Below are positions 51,889-64,000 of a stretch of 64,000 nucleotides of DNA, one piece after another. Positions within the stretch are counted from its first letter, which is position 1; each line of letters begins with the position of its first letter. A model generated the notes under the pieces. That model was given only the letters and a program-made list of their open reading frames with translations, was not told the DNA's origin and ran no database searches. The DNA is from Octopus sinensis (Eukaryota): NCBI RefSeq assembly GCF_006345805.1, contig NC_043004.1, forward strand, positions 87,482,001 through 87,546,000, read 5' to 3'. Position numbers and translations under genes: made by a program.

Positions 51889-53247
51889 CATACATATTAG
51901 TTTAGTCTCTCTCTCAATCAAATATTAAAAATGGTGCCTATTAGAAAGAAACCTTGTGTTCAAGAGTTAAAGAAAGACACAAATTTAGCCTCTAGTGACA
52001 CAAGTTTGCTGTCCGCAGAACTTATCCACACCATTCTGGAATTTACAATAGGGTTTGTGCATAAAAAAACCCCCCACCTGTGAATAGAAAACACAACATT
52101 GCTTAGAGAAAGCAATGGAGAGCAGATCAATTGGTCAGGAAATGAGTCTGGCGAATACATTATCAATTCAGATATGGTTTTTATTAGGAGCCCACACACC
52201 TGTCATATAGAACAGCAACCAGTCCAACCATTATACATATATATAAGCCTACTGGTACACAAATGTGTGTGTGTGTGTGTAAGTAACTCAGCAATAGATA
52301 TGCAGAACACTAGGGTTCTTTATCTCAGTGATATTTACTTTTGAGTTTATTTGTAATGCTCATGTTATATATTATAATATTTATGACACATTATTTCTGT
52401 ATACCATTTGCTTGACGTTGTAATTGAAACCTTATTTCATATTTACTTTATAATAGTTGGTATGGGTAGTCACAGTTAGATTGATTTATTGACAAGTAAA
52501 TGACATAAATTAAACAATGTTATCTTAGAGTTTTCTTTATTATGGAAAGAATCCATAATTCTCTGCAATTTCTATAATGATGTTACATTTTCTCAAAATA
52601 CTAATTTATGCCATCCTTTAATAAACCTATTGAAACAGCAGCTTAACCCTTTTAATTATTCCTTTCATTTTTAACTCCCACAAAGAAAAATCAAATAGAT
52701 ATGAGTTTATCAATATTAACAGAGTAAATAGAGCTCAAAAAATATGAAGAAAATAGAGAGAAATTATGCATAACAAATATTTAGTAATTAATATTGCTTT
52801 TTTTTTTCCATGTCTCTATTGAAGCTCATGATTTGTGACAACATTGGAGAGGTGGAAAGGATTAGAGTTTAGAATTAACAACATGTCACCAGTTTCTGCC
52901 AGGTAGATATCTAAGCAAAGTAAAAATAGAAGGAGGGAAAATCTATACAGAGAACATATTTCAACTTAAGAGAATGAAATGAGGGAAAATTATTTTAGAA
53001 GAAACATCGTGTGTGTGTGCATGTGTGTTCAGACACACACACACACACAAATGAAATGTATACATCTGTAATTTATTAGTTCCTTGTAAATGATTAGAGT
53101 GGCAGGAGTTAGGATTTGCTATGGCTCTTAAAAGCTTGTAGAATCTGACTTAACTATCTTGCTACCAGAGAAGTTATCAAGATTAAAAGGAAGGCAATTT
53201 AAATTCTTTGCAAATTTATATATATGTTTAGCATATACATAAATGTT

Positions 53248-53451
53248 TAGGTGCAGGAGTAGCTTTGTGGTAAGTAGCTTGCTTATCAACCACATGGTTC
53301 TGGGTTTGTTCCCACTGCGTGACACCTTGGACAAGTGTCTTCTACTATAGCCTCGAGCTGTCAAGCTGACCAAAGCCTTGTGAATGGATTTGGTAGATGG
53401 AAACTGAAAGAAGCCTGTCATATATATGTACACACACACACACACACATAC

Positions 53452-53496
<45 letters not shown>

Positions 53497-53655
53497 TGTA
53501 TATGTTTGTGTGTCTGTGTTTGTCCCCACCAACATCGCTTGACAACAGATGGTGGTGCGTTTTCGTTCCTGTAATTTAGTAGTTTGGTAAAAGACACCGA
53601 TAGAATAAGTACTAGGCTCCAGCATGGCTGCAGTCAAATGATTGAAATAAGTAAA
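53248..53655 (+). mobile_element. SINE type A with an internal deletion in the body
   Basis: Head, (CA)(TA)(TG) linker, and a body that jumps from AGTACTAGGCT to CCAGCATGG. It explains the spurious 183-aa ORF 53128-53679. Confidence 0.9.
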
Positions 53656-53707
53656 AAAAAAAAAAAACGGAAGCTTCATTTATATCTTCATTTATATCTT
53701 ATATCTT

Positions 53708-54052
53708 TCAGGAAGATGTGGGACAAAGTGGTGAGAAAGGATCTTCAGACACTGGGCCTCACTGAGGAAATGACAAGGGACTGGGAACTGTGGTGATTTG
53801 CGGTACTTGAGATGTGTCAAGCTAAGTAAAATTGCAGTCATCCGTACACACAGGCATATCCTTTATGAGTGCTGGTGCCACATAAAAAGTACCCAACACA
53901 CTCTGTAAAGTGGTTGGTATTAGGAAGGGCATCTAGCCATAGAAACCATGCCAAAACAATCAATTGAAGTATAGACAGCTGGCCAGCTCCTGTCAAATCA
54001 TCTGACCCATGCCAGCATGGAAAGCAGATGTTAAACAATGATGATAATGATA
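53708..54052 (+). mobile_element. 5'-truncated RTE LINE 3' end with tail
   Basis: RKMWDKVVRKDLQTLGLTEEMTRDWELW, then UTR GTGCTGGTGCCACATAAAAAGTACCC...GGTTGGTATTAGGAAGGGCATC...GCCAGCATGGAAAGCAGATGTTAAAC(AAT/GAT)n. Confidence 0.88.
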
Positions 54053-54169
54053 AAATATTATGAGGAAAACTAATCAGTTGCTTTGGTATAAAAAACTATC
54101 AATGATTTTTATTATTCATCTATGTTGAGAACATAGATGAGTAATAGATTTGTAATCAGTTTGTCAGCT

Positions 54170-54182
54170 TGTGTGTGTGTGT

Positions 54183-54260
<78 letters not shown>
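54170..54260 (+). repeat. (TG)n followed by a long perfect (GA)n microsatellite
   Basis: Direct reading; about 37 GA units. Confidence 0.97.
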
Positions 54261-54265
<5 letters not shown>

Positions 54266-55277
54266 GTTTTCAGTGATGGAGAAGTTAGAGAGTGTTGAAG
54301 AGAATAGATAAGGAAGGAAAGAGAAAGTACAAAAAAATGTGGAAGGTCAAGAAATTATGTGCCAGAAAAATATAAATACAGAACTGTATATTTTTCAACA
54401 GACTGCACCACACAGAAACACGAACATAGATTTAGATACATGTCAACAGAGACCCACAAGCATCTGTTTACAGAAAACTTACATAGATAGGTTTTTACAT
54501 ATATTAAAATGAAAGCATCCTATAATCTTTTAATGAATGGCACCAACAAAATATTACCAGTGAAACCCTAGGAGGACTATCTATACTTGGGCTGTTTTGT
54601 TTGATCATACAAACTTGACCCTTTCTTTCTTTTCATCCCTAAGAAGTAGTATCACACTCTTTCCTTCTTTTATCTCTTCCTCTTCACCAGAAAAAGAGGG
54701 AGAAACTCTAAGAAAGTGACAGAAAAAATAGTGTGAGAGAATAAAGAAGAGAAAGTGAAGACGGGATAAGGTAAATGAGTGTGAGAGAGGGTGTAAGACA
54801 AAAAGGAAGAAATAACAGTTTATGTTACATTTCCAAATACCACACATGCATTTATAGATGTGAGTGCACATGTATCTAAGTACATATAGACATAAACACA
54901 CAGATATGTATGTACATATAAGATCGCTGAAGTTCCATTAATGCAACTAAGTTATCTGAATATTCAATTAAAGTGTGAGAAAAGTACCTTTGATTCCATT
55001 TAACTTCCTCTGTTGATAGAATGAGCGTTAATCTAGTTTTTCAAAGTCTCAGTCCCCTTAATAAACTTAATAACCAGTTATGACTATATAGAAACAGTCA
55101 ACTTCATAAAGAAAATGTAATATTCTAATTCATCCAAACTGTTATATTACAGTAGTAATTTAGTATGTTATTCTACTTACTGTTTATATTCTAAGGAAAC
55201 TAAGTTTCTTATGAATCAATGAAACTGTATGCACATGTATTAGTAACCCTTTGTAAGTGGTTTGTAAACATGAAGAG

Positions 55278-55515
55278 TTAATCCTTTTGTTACCATATTG
55301 AAATATGGTTGAAATATACTGCCTTTATTTCATTTTAATTTTGAAAATAATGAAAAAGTTATTAAAAAATAAAACTGTCATTATTAAGCAAGTGTTTGGA
55401 ATACAAATTTGCATGAAAATTTGATGGAAGGTTTTCATTTAGATCACATTAAAACAAGGAATTTGTATCATAGAACAAAGAGCAATTTCAGGGAGGTTGG
55501 TATCAGAGGGGTTAA
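55278..55515. mobile_element. TTAA-flanked MITE, second family
   Basis: TTAATCCTTTTGTTACCA ... TGGTATCAGAGGGGTTAA. Homologue of 45150-45379. Confidence 0.8.
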
Positions 55516-55626
55516 CTGAAAATTTCTTTATTCAGTATATATGAATGTTTGAATTTATAATGCATTGGTGTTTTTTTAAACTTCTTTAGTTATATTACAT
55601 AGTAAAAGTTTCCTAATAATTTATTA

Positions 55627-55980
55627 TCTTTTATCTTCTATTTGTTTGCAGGTATGCTGGGGCACAACCTTGAAGAATATTAGTCAAATGAATCAGCCCC
55701 TTTGTAAAACCTGGTACTTCAACTATTGGTCTCTTTTGCCAAACTGCTAAGTTACAGGGATGTAAACATGCCAACACCAGTTGTCAAGTGATGGAGGGGG
55801 ACACACACACATATATATGTGGCAGACTTCTTTCAGTTTCTGGCTACCAAATCTACTCACAAAACTTGGTCAGCCCAAGGCTATAGTAAAAGATACTTGC
55901 CCTAGGTGCCATGCAATGGGATTGAACCTGGAACCATACAGTTAGAAAGCAAACTTCTTACCACACAGCCATGCCTGCAC
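55627..55980 (-). mobile_element. SINE type A, diverged
   Basis: Tail-to-head match. Its head end plus flank is duplicated at 57108-57373. Confidence 0.85.
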
Positions 55981-56933
55981 TTATTGAATACAAAATGGCT
56001 TCAGCACATTTCTGCTCCTTACTCAATAAGTATCAATATTAACAGGAGTCTAGAATGCTGCTACTTTATAATGAACAGTGTATTTCCCTTTTCATATTAA
56101 ATATTGTAATAGCGTATGCAGTCTAAAATAATAACTCTGTCTTATTGGAAAACATTCTTTCTCAGAAAAATCTAGCTTATCATTAGTGTTCTTTCTGTAA
56201 ACTTTTTTTTAATTGCAATTGTGTCCTTCATAGCTTATAAACTCCAGTAGAATCTCTGAATAATTATAATACAACATTACGCAAACAAAAAACAAAAGTC
56301 ATCTCATCTCTTCCTTCATTCTGCCAACATCAGTAATTATAACTATTCTTAATAAATGTTTTAATATAGTAAACCTGCTAAGTACTTTATATTTACCTGT
56401 GAAGTGAAACAAAACTAGCACTTATTTTACAACTTTTTAGACTATATAGAGAAAAGTACTTGTCCATGTCTGTGATTCATTTTTTTATGAGTGATTGTCA
56501 GTTACTTTGCATCTAATCTTTTGTTGAAAGTATTCATTTCTTGCTACTCAAACTTTGATTTCCTCTACCACATACTTTTTTTTTCAATAAGTATCTTCCC
56601 TTTTCTTTAACTGACATTTTTTTCAATGCCCCTTTGCAATAAAATTAAATACATTAAAAGACTATTTGCACAATAGTACAATATGGAATGTCATTGCAAT
56701 TAATATTATGTAGTGATTCACTCACAGAATATAAACTGAAAATGTTTTTGAAATTTAGGGCAACAAAAAGATACATCTACTACCCAACCTTCTTTGTCCC
56801 TAGTGCCCATATAAAATTTTCCAGTACCCACCTTCCTCCTACCTTTAATGGTATTACCCACCTTCAGAAGTACTACTCTAACACTAAACATTCAGAATAT
56901 TTATGGTACAAAACTGAGTACAGTAAAAATATA

Positions 56934-58247
56934 TATTGGGTCATCCCACAAATAATGCGGTTTTTTTAACTGCATGAACTAAAATTAGGAGGTGGGCAGA
57001 TGGGATAAACTACCTGCATCAACTTGCTATGAAAGCAGATAGTAATTTTACCTTGTCCTGATTCTTAGTGCAAGTTTTGAGGAGTGCAGTTCGATTTTAA
57101 CTGTTGTGGATTGAACCTGGAACCATGCAGTTAGGAAGCAAACTTCTTACCACACAGCCGTGATTGCATTTATAGAATACAAAATAGCTTCTGCACATTT
57201 CAGCTCCTTACACAAAAAGTACCAATATTAACATGAGTCCAGAATGCTGCTACTTTATAATGAACAGTGTAATTTCCTTTTCATATTAAATATTGTAATA
57301 GCAATATTACAGTCTAATGTATATGCAGCTTAAAATAATAACTCTATCTTATTGGGAAACATTCTTTCCCAGATGTGGTGTGCAAGAGAGACGACTGCAC
57401 GGGTATGGTCATGTGTTGCAAGTGAATGAGGACAGCTGTGTGAAAAAGTGTCATACCCTAGCAGTTGAGGGAACCTGTGGAAGAGGCAGACCCAGGAAGA
57501 CCTGGGATGAGGTGGTGAAGCACGATCTTCGAACATTGGGCCTTACTGAGGTAATAACTAGTGACCGAGATCATTGGAGAAATGCTGTGCTTCAGAAAAC
57601 CCGACAAGCCAAGTGAGACCATAACCCGAGGACTATGTCAGTGGGTGTAACCAGACCACTCATGAGTAGCCCTCATTCATTGGACAATAAACTTTGCTTG
57701 CGAAGACTTGTTGAGGCAAGTGAAATCAAAATCGCTGATGTGGCTGATGACAGTGCCACCTGATTGGCAGTCATGCCAGTGGAATGTTAAAAGCACTATC
57801 TGAGTGTGATTGTTGCCAAGGCCGCTGACTGGCTTCCATGTTGGTGGCACTTAAAAAGCACCATTTGAGTGTGATCGTTACCAGCATCACCTTACTGTCA
57901 CATGTGCCAGTGGCACGTGAAAAACAACACTCAAACATGGTCATTGCCAGTGCTGCTGGAAAATGATGCCCCATCCACCATATTTGCTGGATATTGCCTC
58001 ATTTGATTATCATTTATTCTGTAGTCTTCAAAATCATTTGGATGTAAAAAATATGAATTCTGTAAACGAGGTCAAAACAGTAATGGAGGAGTATTTTCTA
58101 TCATGGACAAGTGAATTTAAGAAGAGGGGCCTTGCTAGTTTTCTATATAGATGGAAGAGCATTGTAGAAAATGAAGGAGAGTTTATTTTAGTTTTGAAAA
58201 TTAAATGAAGTATAAAAAATTCACATTATTTATGGGATGATCCAATA
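56934..58247 (+). mobile_element. Mariner (Tc1/mariner) DNA transposon, internally deleted and rearranged
   Basis: TA-flanked TIRs TTGGGTCATCCCACAAATAATGCGGTTT and the reverse complement of AATTCACATTATTTATGGGATGATCCAA match at 23/28. Transposase C-terminus HPPYLLDIASFDYHLFCSLQNHL...RW..IVENEGE (57963-58190; cf. HPPYSPDLAPSDYHLF). Confidence 0.93.
57371..57958 (+). mobile_element. 5'-truncated RTE LINE 3' end inside the mariner
   Basis: RCGVQERRLHGYGHVLQVNEDSCVKKCHTLAVEGTCGRGRPRKTWDEVVKHDLRTLGL...DRDHWR, a typical RTE C-terminus. Stop at 57616, then a 3' UTR with ~65-bp tandem units. Confidence 0.92.
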
Positions 58248-58374
58248 TTATAATTAACTCTGATTATTTCACATGCATTGATGAGTAACACTTAGAATCC
58301 TCTTCAGTTCTGGTATCTAAATTGAACAAAATAGTTTGTAATATTTTTTATAAAGCGAGATTATATAACCTATA

Positions 58375-59060
58375 ATGAACAGGATGCCATTTAGAAGGCA
58401 GCTTTCACAGTATCTCTAATGTTTGTAACAGCTTCCAGACCTTCTGCAAACCTGTGACCTGCTATTTCAATTCATTAGGCCATTCCCTTGATGACTTGGC
58501 ATGGTTCCACACTAAAGATCATCACATAGCCACAAACACAAGACGAGGCATCTTATCTTTATGATGGCTTAGCTTCAACAGGCATAAACAAATGGCTTTC
58601 TGTTTTCTAACATAATCCCCTTCCCTAATTTCAAGCCTCTTCCATTTACCTTTTTATATTGGAAGTCTGCATGTTGCATATTGACAAACTTTCCCATCCC
58701 TTACATCTATGCATCTCCCTTCCTCCCCTATCAACTCCCTCTGTTTCCTTTTTGTTTGAATATGTTTGTAGATGTGGGTATATCTGTTTATAAATATGTT
58801 CATATATTACATCACATCTGTTGCAACCTTTAGTGCCTCCCTGTTTGTGATTGTTTTTAGTTCTCTGTTTAAATCATTATCCCCATTTGGTTTCATTACT
58901 CTGGTCGCTGACCTCCAATTTCCATCTTATCTTCCTCCATCCCCCATTTGTCTTGATTATTTTTTTCCTCCCTCACACATTCTTCAAATTCTCAGTGCAG
59001 TGATAAGACTATTTTCTTTCTTTCCAATGAAGGGCTTTGATCAAAACTACAGTATTCTCA
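58375..59060 (+). mobile_element. Decayed Penelope-like element 3' end (GIY-YIG C-terminus, pyrimidine-rich UTR, eroded hammerhead)
   Basis: KPVTCYFNSLGHSLDDL (~58448-58500; cf. PVA.HFNS.GHS..DL), then LIF and GINK, then a CT-rich UTR and CCAATGAAGGGCTTTGATCAAAAC at ~59023-59047. Confidence 0.6.
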
Positions 59061-59307
59061 TCACCCTATAGCATACAAACTTTAATCTTTATAATGATCA
59101 AAAAGAGATGTAATACATAAATAGCAGTAGCAATTATTTTATACAATTATGTTTTTCAAAGGAAAAATAATTTCACTTATGATTTTGGCATATTGAAACA
59201 ATATGAGAGAGAGGGACACATTCTTATTATTTGGTTTACCCAGATATTTTAAATATAAAGAATGTTTAAAGAGATACATGAAACCACTTTTGTATGGGGA
59301 AAGTATA

Positions 59308-59530
59308 TTAACCCTTGAGCATTAAACCACCCATATCCAGCCCAAATATTCTGTCTGTTTTTTTGTTCAAACTGACCATATTCAGCCTCTCACAACTACC
59401 CAACACTGTTCTGAAAATAAACAATCATATCATTGAAATCTCAAAACTATGAGATGATTCATGATTAATTCAAAACAATGTGAATAAATAAGCATTACAC
59501 TTGACACTAATCTAACTGCTAAAGGGTTAA
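59308..59530. mobile_element. TTAA-flanked piggyBac-like MITE, same family as 36951-37581
   Basis: TTAACCCTTGAGCA ... TGCTAAAGGGTTAA, 223 bp. Confidence 0.88.
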
Positions 59531-62403
59531 ATTGACTCAACATTAATATACTTCATGCACTTATTTTATCAAACTTTGAGGAGGAAAGTAAGAAAGTAAC
59601 CTCAGCAGGATTTGAACACAGATGTAGTTTGAACTTACATTTTGCACCAACTATCAAGTATAAAAAGATGTTTTCTTTAGCAAATTATCACCATTATCAG
59701 TGCTTTTAAAATTGTTTTTATAAGCTGTTATGAATCAAGCAAGCATAGATTTTAAATATTGTTAAACTATTGGTTGGAATTTGGCTAAGTTGATTGAAGT
59801 AAAAGAACTTTGATTAGTTGTAAAAGAACGAAGTAATGATATATATTGATTTATCTGATGATGAAGGAAGATTAAAGAAGACTGCATGATAAAATTCAGT
59901 GTATTAGCAATGAATGTAAATAATGCACTAAGAGCGAAAAGAAGTTTTTTTTGATCAGTCAAAACATAGCAGTTTATTTCATCTTACAGCTGTCACTTGC
60001 AGAGATAATCTTATGAACAGGAAAAACATGTAAATTAAGAAGCTGAACATTATAAACATGAATAATAAGTTCATACAAATAGAAATCAGTTTTCTTAGGT
60101 CAATATCATCAGAAATTTATTAAGTACAATTTACTGTCTTTAGTACTTTAAGGTCACTATTAGCAGCTTTTTTTTTTTTAATAATATAGTGAAAAGAAAA
60201 ATTCTCACTGCAGGAATGGCTATGTGATTAGGAGTTTTCTTTGCAATCATCTGGTTTTATATTTTATCCCTCTGCATGGCACTTCATGCAGATACTGTTT
60301 ACCATAGCCATGTTATGAATGGAAAGTGTACAGAAGCCCTTTACATGTGTATGTATGTGTATGTCCTAGTGTGATTCAATGTAGTTAACTTTGGGTATTT
60401 GTCTAACTAGAGCGTAACTCTCTAAGAGCCATTACACAGAAAGAGGGCATGACTCCCTAAATGGACATGGTTCAAATGAACTCAGCCAGTCGATAAACAG
60501 AGACTGATGAAACATGTACAAGATAATAACTGAGGTTGGCATAATTGACTAAAATCTTTGAAGATGGTACCCCAGCAGGGGTGCAATCTAATGACTAAAA
60601 TTAATAAAAGAGTACTAAAAAATGGTATATAATATACTAACAGAAGTAAAAAGTTATCAGACTGTTAGTCTATGAACTGAGTGAAATTAAGTTAAAATCC
60701 ATCCAGTTTCAAAGATATTACCTTTTGATATTAAAGATTATATTTAGAATCATCATTAATAGTAGTGAGTGCTAATAAATGCTTATTATACCCTCATTTA
60801 TTAATACTTTAGAAAGTAAACTCAATCTACATTTTAATGGAGGCTCAGAATGAGAAATGTGAGTGTTTACAGGATTACTATGTCACATTAATTACTTCAA
60901 AGATGGAAATTGTAGGAGGTGGAGTAAAAAAGTATGATATACCCCAACTTCTCAATTTCCATATTTTTCTTTCATTTTCAATGCCGGCAAATTATTATTA
61001 GATCTTTTTTATCAAGTTCCTAACAATATAAATTAATTTTTTTTAATTATAAATATGCTCGCATATCATATTTAGTACTCATAATAAAATAGAATATAAA
61101 TTGATTTGTAATATACTACATAGTATCAATGGCTCAGTAGTCTAATTGGATCATTAGAATCTATGGGAATGCAAGTGACTACCGAGGAGCTTTGTGAAAA
61201 ATGAAGGTAAAAAATAAAACAAACAAAATCAGGAGATAACCAATAACTTGTTTTAATTCTTCAGTTAGCCCAAGTTATTAATGTTATTGTTCTCTAATTT
61301 GACAAAGTTATAGTTTTCCAGCAAGTTGACTACAAAGCAAGTTCTAAGTTCACTTAAGATACATTTGAAAAAAAATGTTACTTAATATGGCTTTGCAAAC
61401 CCATGCTGACAATTCAGCCAGTCAGATCTTTTATAAGCGTGAGGAAATATTTATATAGATTCATATATTTAAATGTATATACATATCTATATGTACACAC
61501 ACACACACACATGCATGTGTGCAATAGTATGTTTGAATAATGCTTCCAACACACCTTCTGTTGCTTCACATCTGACCAAAGTACTTTAATCTTTTATTGC
61601 AACTATATCTGTATATATGATTCTTTAAGGTATTGTTATTATCCACCTTCCTTCCACACTTACTGTTTAATCTTTCATTATAGCTGTGTCACTATATGCA
61701 GTTATTTGAGGTAGGTCCCTGGCTACTATCCTTTCCAATCTTCTGATCCATCTTTTTCACCAAGTGGCTTTTGCTTCCTACTCTCTGATACCACCCATCT
61801 TGCCTAATTATCTCTCTACTAAATTAACACTTCAGCTAGAAATTTTTCTCTAATTTTCTTATATGATAAACAAGAACAATGACAATTCTACAATCCGCCT
61901 GGTAAATAAACTTCACCCATTCTTCCAAACTTTATAGAGACTTAATTTTACTGACACAGAGACCATTGCCAGTTTCTAAGTAACACAAACAGCTATTTGG
62001 AAACTATTGCTGTAATATGTAATAATAAGGTATGCAAAAATATATAAATTATTTTTAAAAATAAAAATTAAAAGAATAAAAGTACTGATATTTGTCTCTG
62101 AAAATTCATTATTACTAAAGTTGAATGAGTTAAAAATTTTGGTAATATCAGAGATTAACATACCAAAGTTTGAAATACTTTCCTTCTTGAATTATAAAAA
62201 TATATAAATATTAGCATATCATATACTGTGAATACCAACAGAAATTTTATCAATCCTCAAGAAGATTCATACAAATCTGAATCTTTTTGGTTTTATACCA
62301 AGTGATTGAATGGCATATCAGAAGAGCTATTTGATATTTACTTAGTAGAGTTTGAGTAGTGTTATCATGATGAAATATTGGGAAACATTTTCATATCCAT
62401 ATC

Positions 62404-62688
62404 TTTTAATCCTTTACTTGTTTCAGCCATTGGACTGCAGCCATGTTGGGGCACTGCCTTGAAGGGTTTAGTTAAAAAATTGGAACCCAGAACTTATTTT
62501 TAAGTTGGTACTTATTCTATCAGTCTCTTTTGCAAAACTCCAAGTTATGGGGGAACAAAGCCCCTAGTTTCCATCCACCAAATTCGCTGACAAGGCTTTG
62601 GTCAATCTGGGGCTATGGTAAACACTTACCCAAGGTGCTGTGCAGTGGGACTGAGTCCCAAACCATGTGGCTGTAAAGCGAACTTCTT
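62404..62688 (-). mobile_element. SINE type A with the linker deleted
   Basis: Tail and body are joined directly to the head region. Confidence 0.82.
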
Positions 62689-63230
62689 ATGTTCTTTATT
62701 TATTTATATAACTAATTTGCTGTCACTAAATTAAAAATATAATCTTTATTTAAGTTTACTTTCTTAATATAAAACTAGTTTAGTTTTAATATCCATTAAT
62801 TAATTGCTATCCGTACAGATAATTTTACAATTGAATTTCAAAAGTATTCATTGCTATAAAACAGACGTAAACAACTGACACTTCAGTATATATATTTAGA
62901 TTTAAAAACAGTAAAATTATTCAAAGAATGAAAATATTCTACAATAAAAGTATTTAATAATTAATTTGATATGCTAATGTTCAATATCATCAACATTTTA
63001 AAAAAAGCTGCTCATATTTTATTGGCAAATTCTGTTGTTTTTTTATACAGAACCAGTGGTAAAAATTTTAAGTAGTTCAGCAAACTGGTTAAAAGCTTGC
63101 CATTGAGTACAGACACTTGTATGACATTGTGATTATAAGTTGTGAAGTGGTGAACGTGCATGTGATAATTTGAGGGAACCTTTGGTTTGGAACATTATTA
63201 AAAGTATATGTTATGAATATTTGGATTCAT

Positions 63231-63571
63231 ATCTTTTATTTTCTTCGGTGTCTGGACTGCAGCCATGCTGGGGTACCATCTTGAAGGGTTTAATGGAAAA
63301 GAACACCAGGACTTAAATTAATTTGCAGCTCTCTTTTAACTGAACTACTAAGTTACAGGGATGTAAACAAATCAACATAAATTGTCAAGTGGTGGTGGGC
63401 GACAAACACAAACATATCTGTTTATCTAACTATGGGCTTCTTTCTGTTGATCAAATCCACTCACAAAGCTTTGGTCAGAGTAGAAGGCATTTGCCTACGG
63501 TACTACACAGAGGGATTGAATGCAAGACCATACGGTTGGTAATGCAAGCTTCTTACCACACAGCCATGCCT
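63231..63571 (-). mobile_element. SINE type A, diverged
   Basis: Tail-to-head match. A further very degenerate copy lies at ~60208-60610(+). Confidence 0.8.
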
Positions 63572-64000
63572 AAATGATACGAGATCCATAGACTGTTTAA
63601 GGTCACAAATATGAATACATATATTATAGCATTCTTAGAGAGGAATGTGCATAGTTAAGGTTAAACTAAGAGATCAAAGAGTTGTCAAAAAATCACTTGC
63701 TCATCTTTGATAGACCCTTTTGTGATCTGAGTACAGCCTACTCTACACCATATTCTGAAAATTCATTTCCATCACTATATTAGACCATTATCAATACCTG
63801 GATAATCCAACTGTTTGATTTTTCATGTTACTGTATACTCAAAAAGGACATAACATGTCATCATATCACCTGTTGAATCAAATAATTTTTTAAGAAGTTC
63901 AAATTTTGTTTTAAGTTGAAAATATCTGTTAGTTTACAATTTGCTTGGATAATAAGATAGCATTAAATTTATGATGTGATTTCCCTTAGTCAGTCACTCA

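Noticed and set aside
54986-54999. Minus-strand ATG GAA TCA AAG|GT as TRAPPC13 first exon
   Set aside because: A phase-0 donor cannot join the phase-1 acceptor at 36141, and the conserved HLLALK is missing.
36142-64000. Nested SHLD3-like gene (in human, SHLD3 lies within the first intron region of TRAPPC13)
   Set aside because: No long minus-strand ORF other than the SINE-derived 183-aa one, and no recognisable similarity. The part of the intron beyond the window cannot be assessed.

Overview
AT-rich, repeat-dense eukaryotic genomic DNA. The SINE families resemble those described from Octopus, so an octopod cephalopod source is inferred, not proven. The only host coding sequence I can support is two internal exons of TRAPPC13 on the minus strand: 36141-35973 (169 nt) and 21619-21535 (85 nt). 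They splice in frame across a 14,353-nt GT-AG intron. I found neither the first exon nor the next downstream exon, so the whole window is probably inside this one gene. The introns contain tRNA-derived SINEs of at least four modular types, decayed RTE, CR1/Jockey-like and Penelope-like (PLE) retroelements, TTAA-flanked MITEs, a rearranged mariner, and micro- and minisatellites. The most notable signal is an apparently intact type I hammerhead ribozyme (15283-15379). It has a palindromic stem III and an unusually long stem II, and sits in a small inverted-repeat PLE-type unit inserted in (TA)n. A second, truncated unit of the same design lies at 13759-13889. Also notable are a mariner whose middle is replaced by a copy of nearby DNA fused to an RTE 3' end, a perfect 37-bp palindrome, and an unexplained inverted pair of about 100-bp hairpin-like segments. 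Almost all entries in the ORF track are spurious. All alignments and foldings were done by eye.
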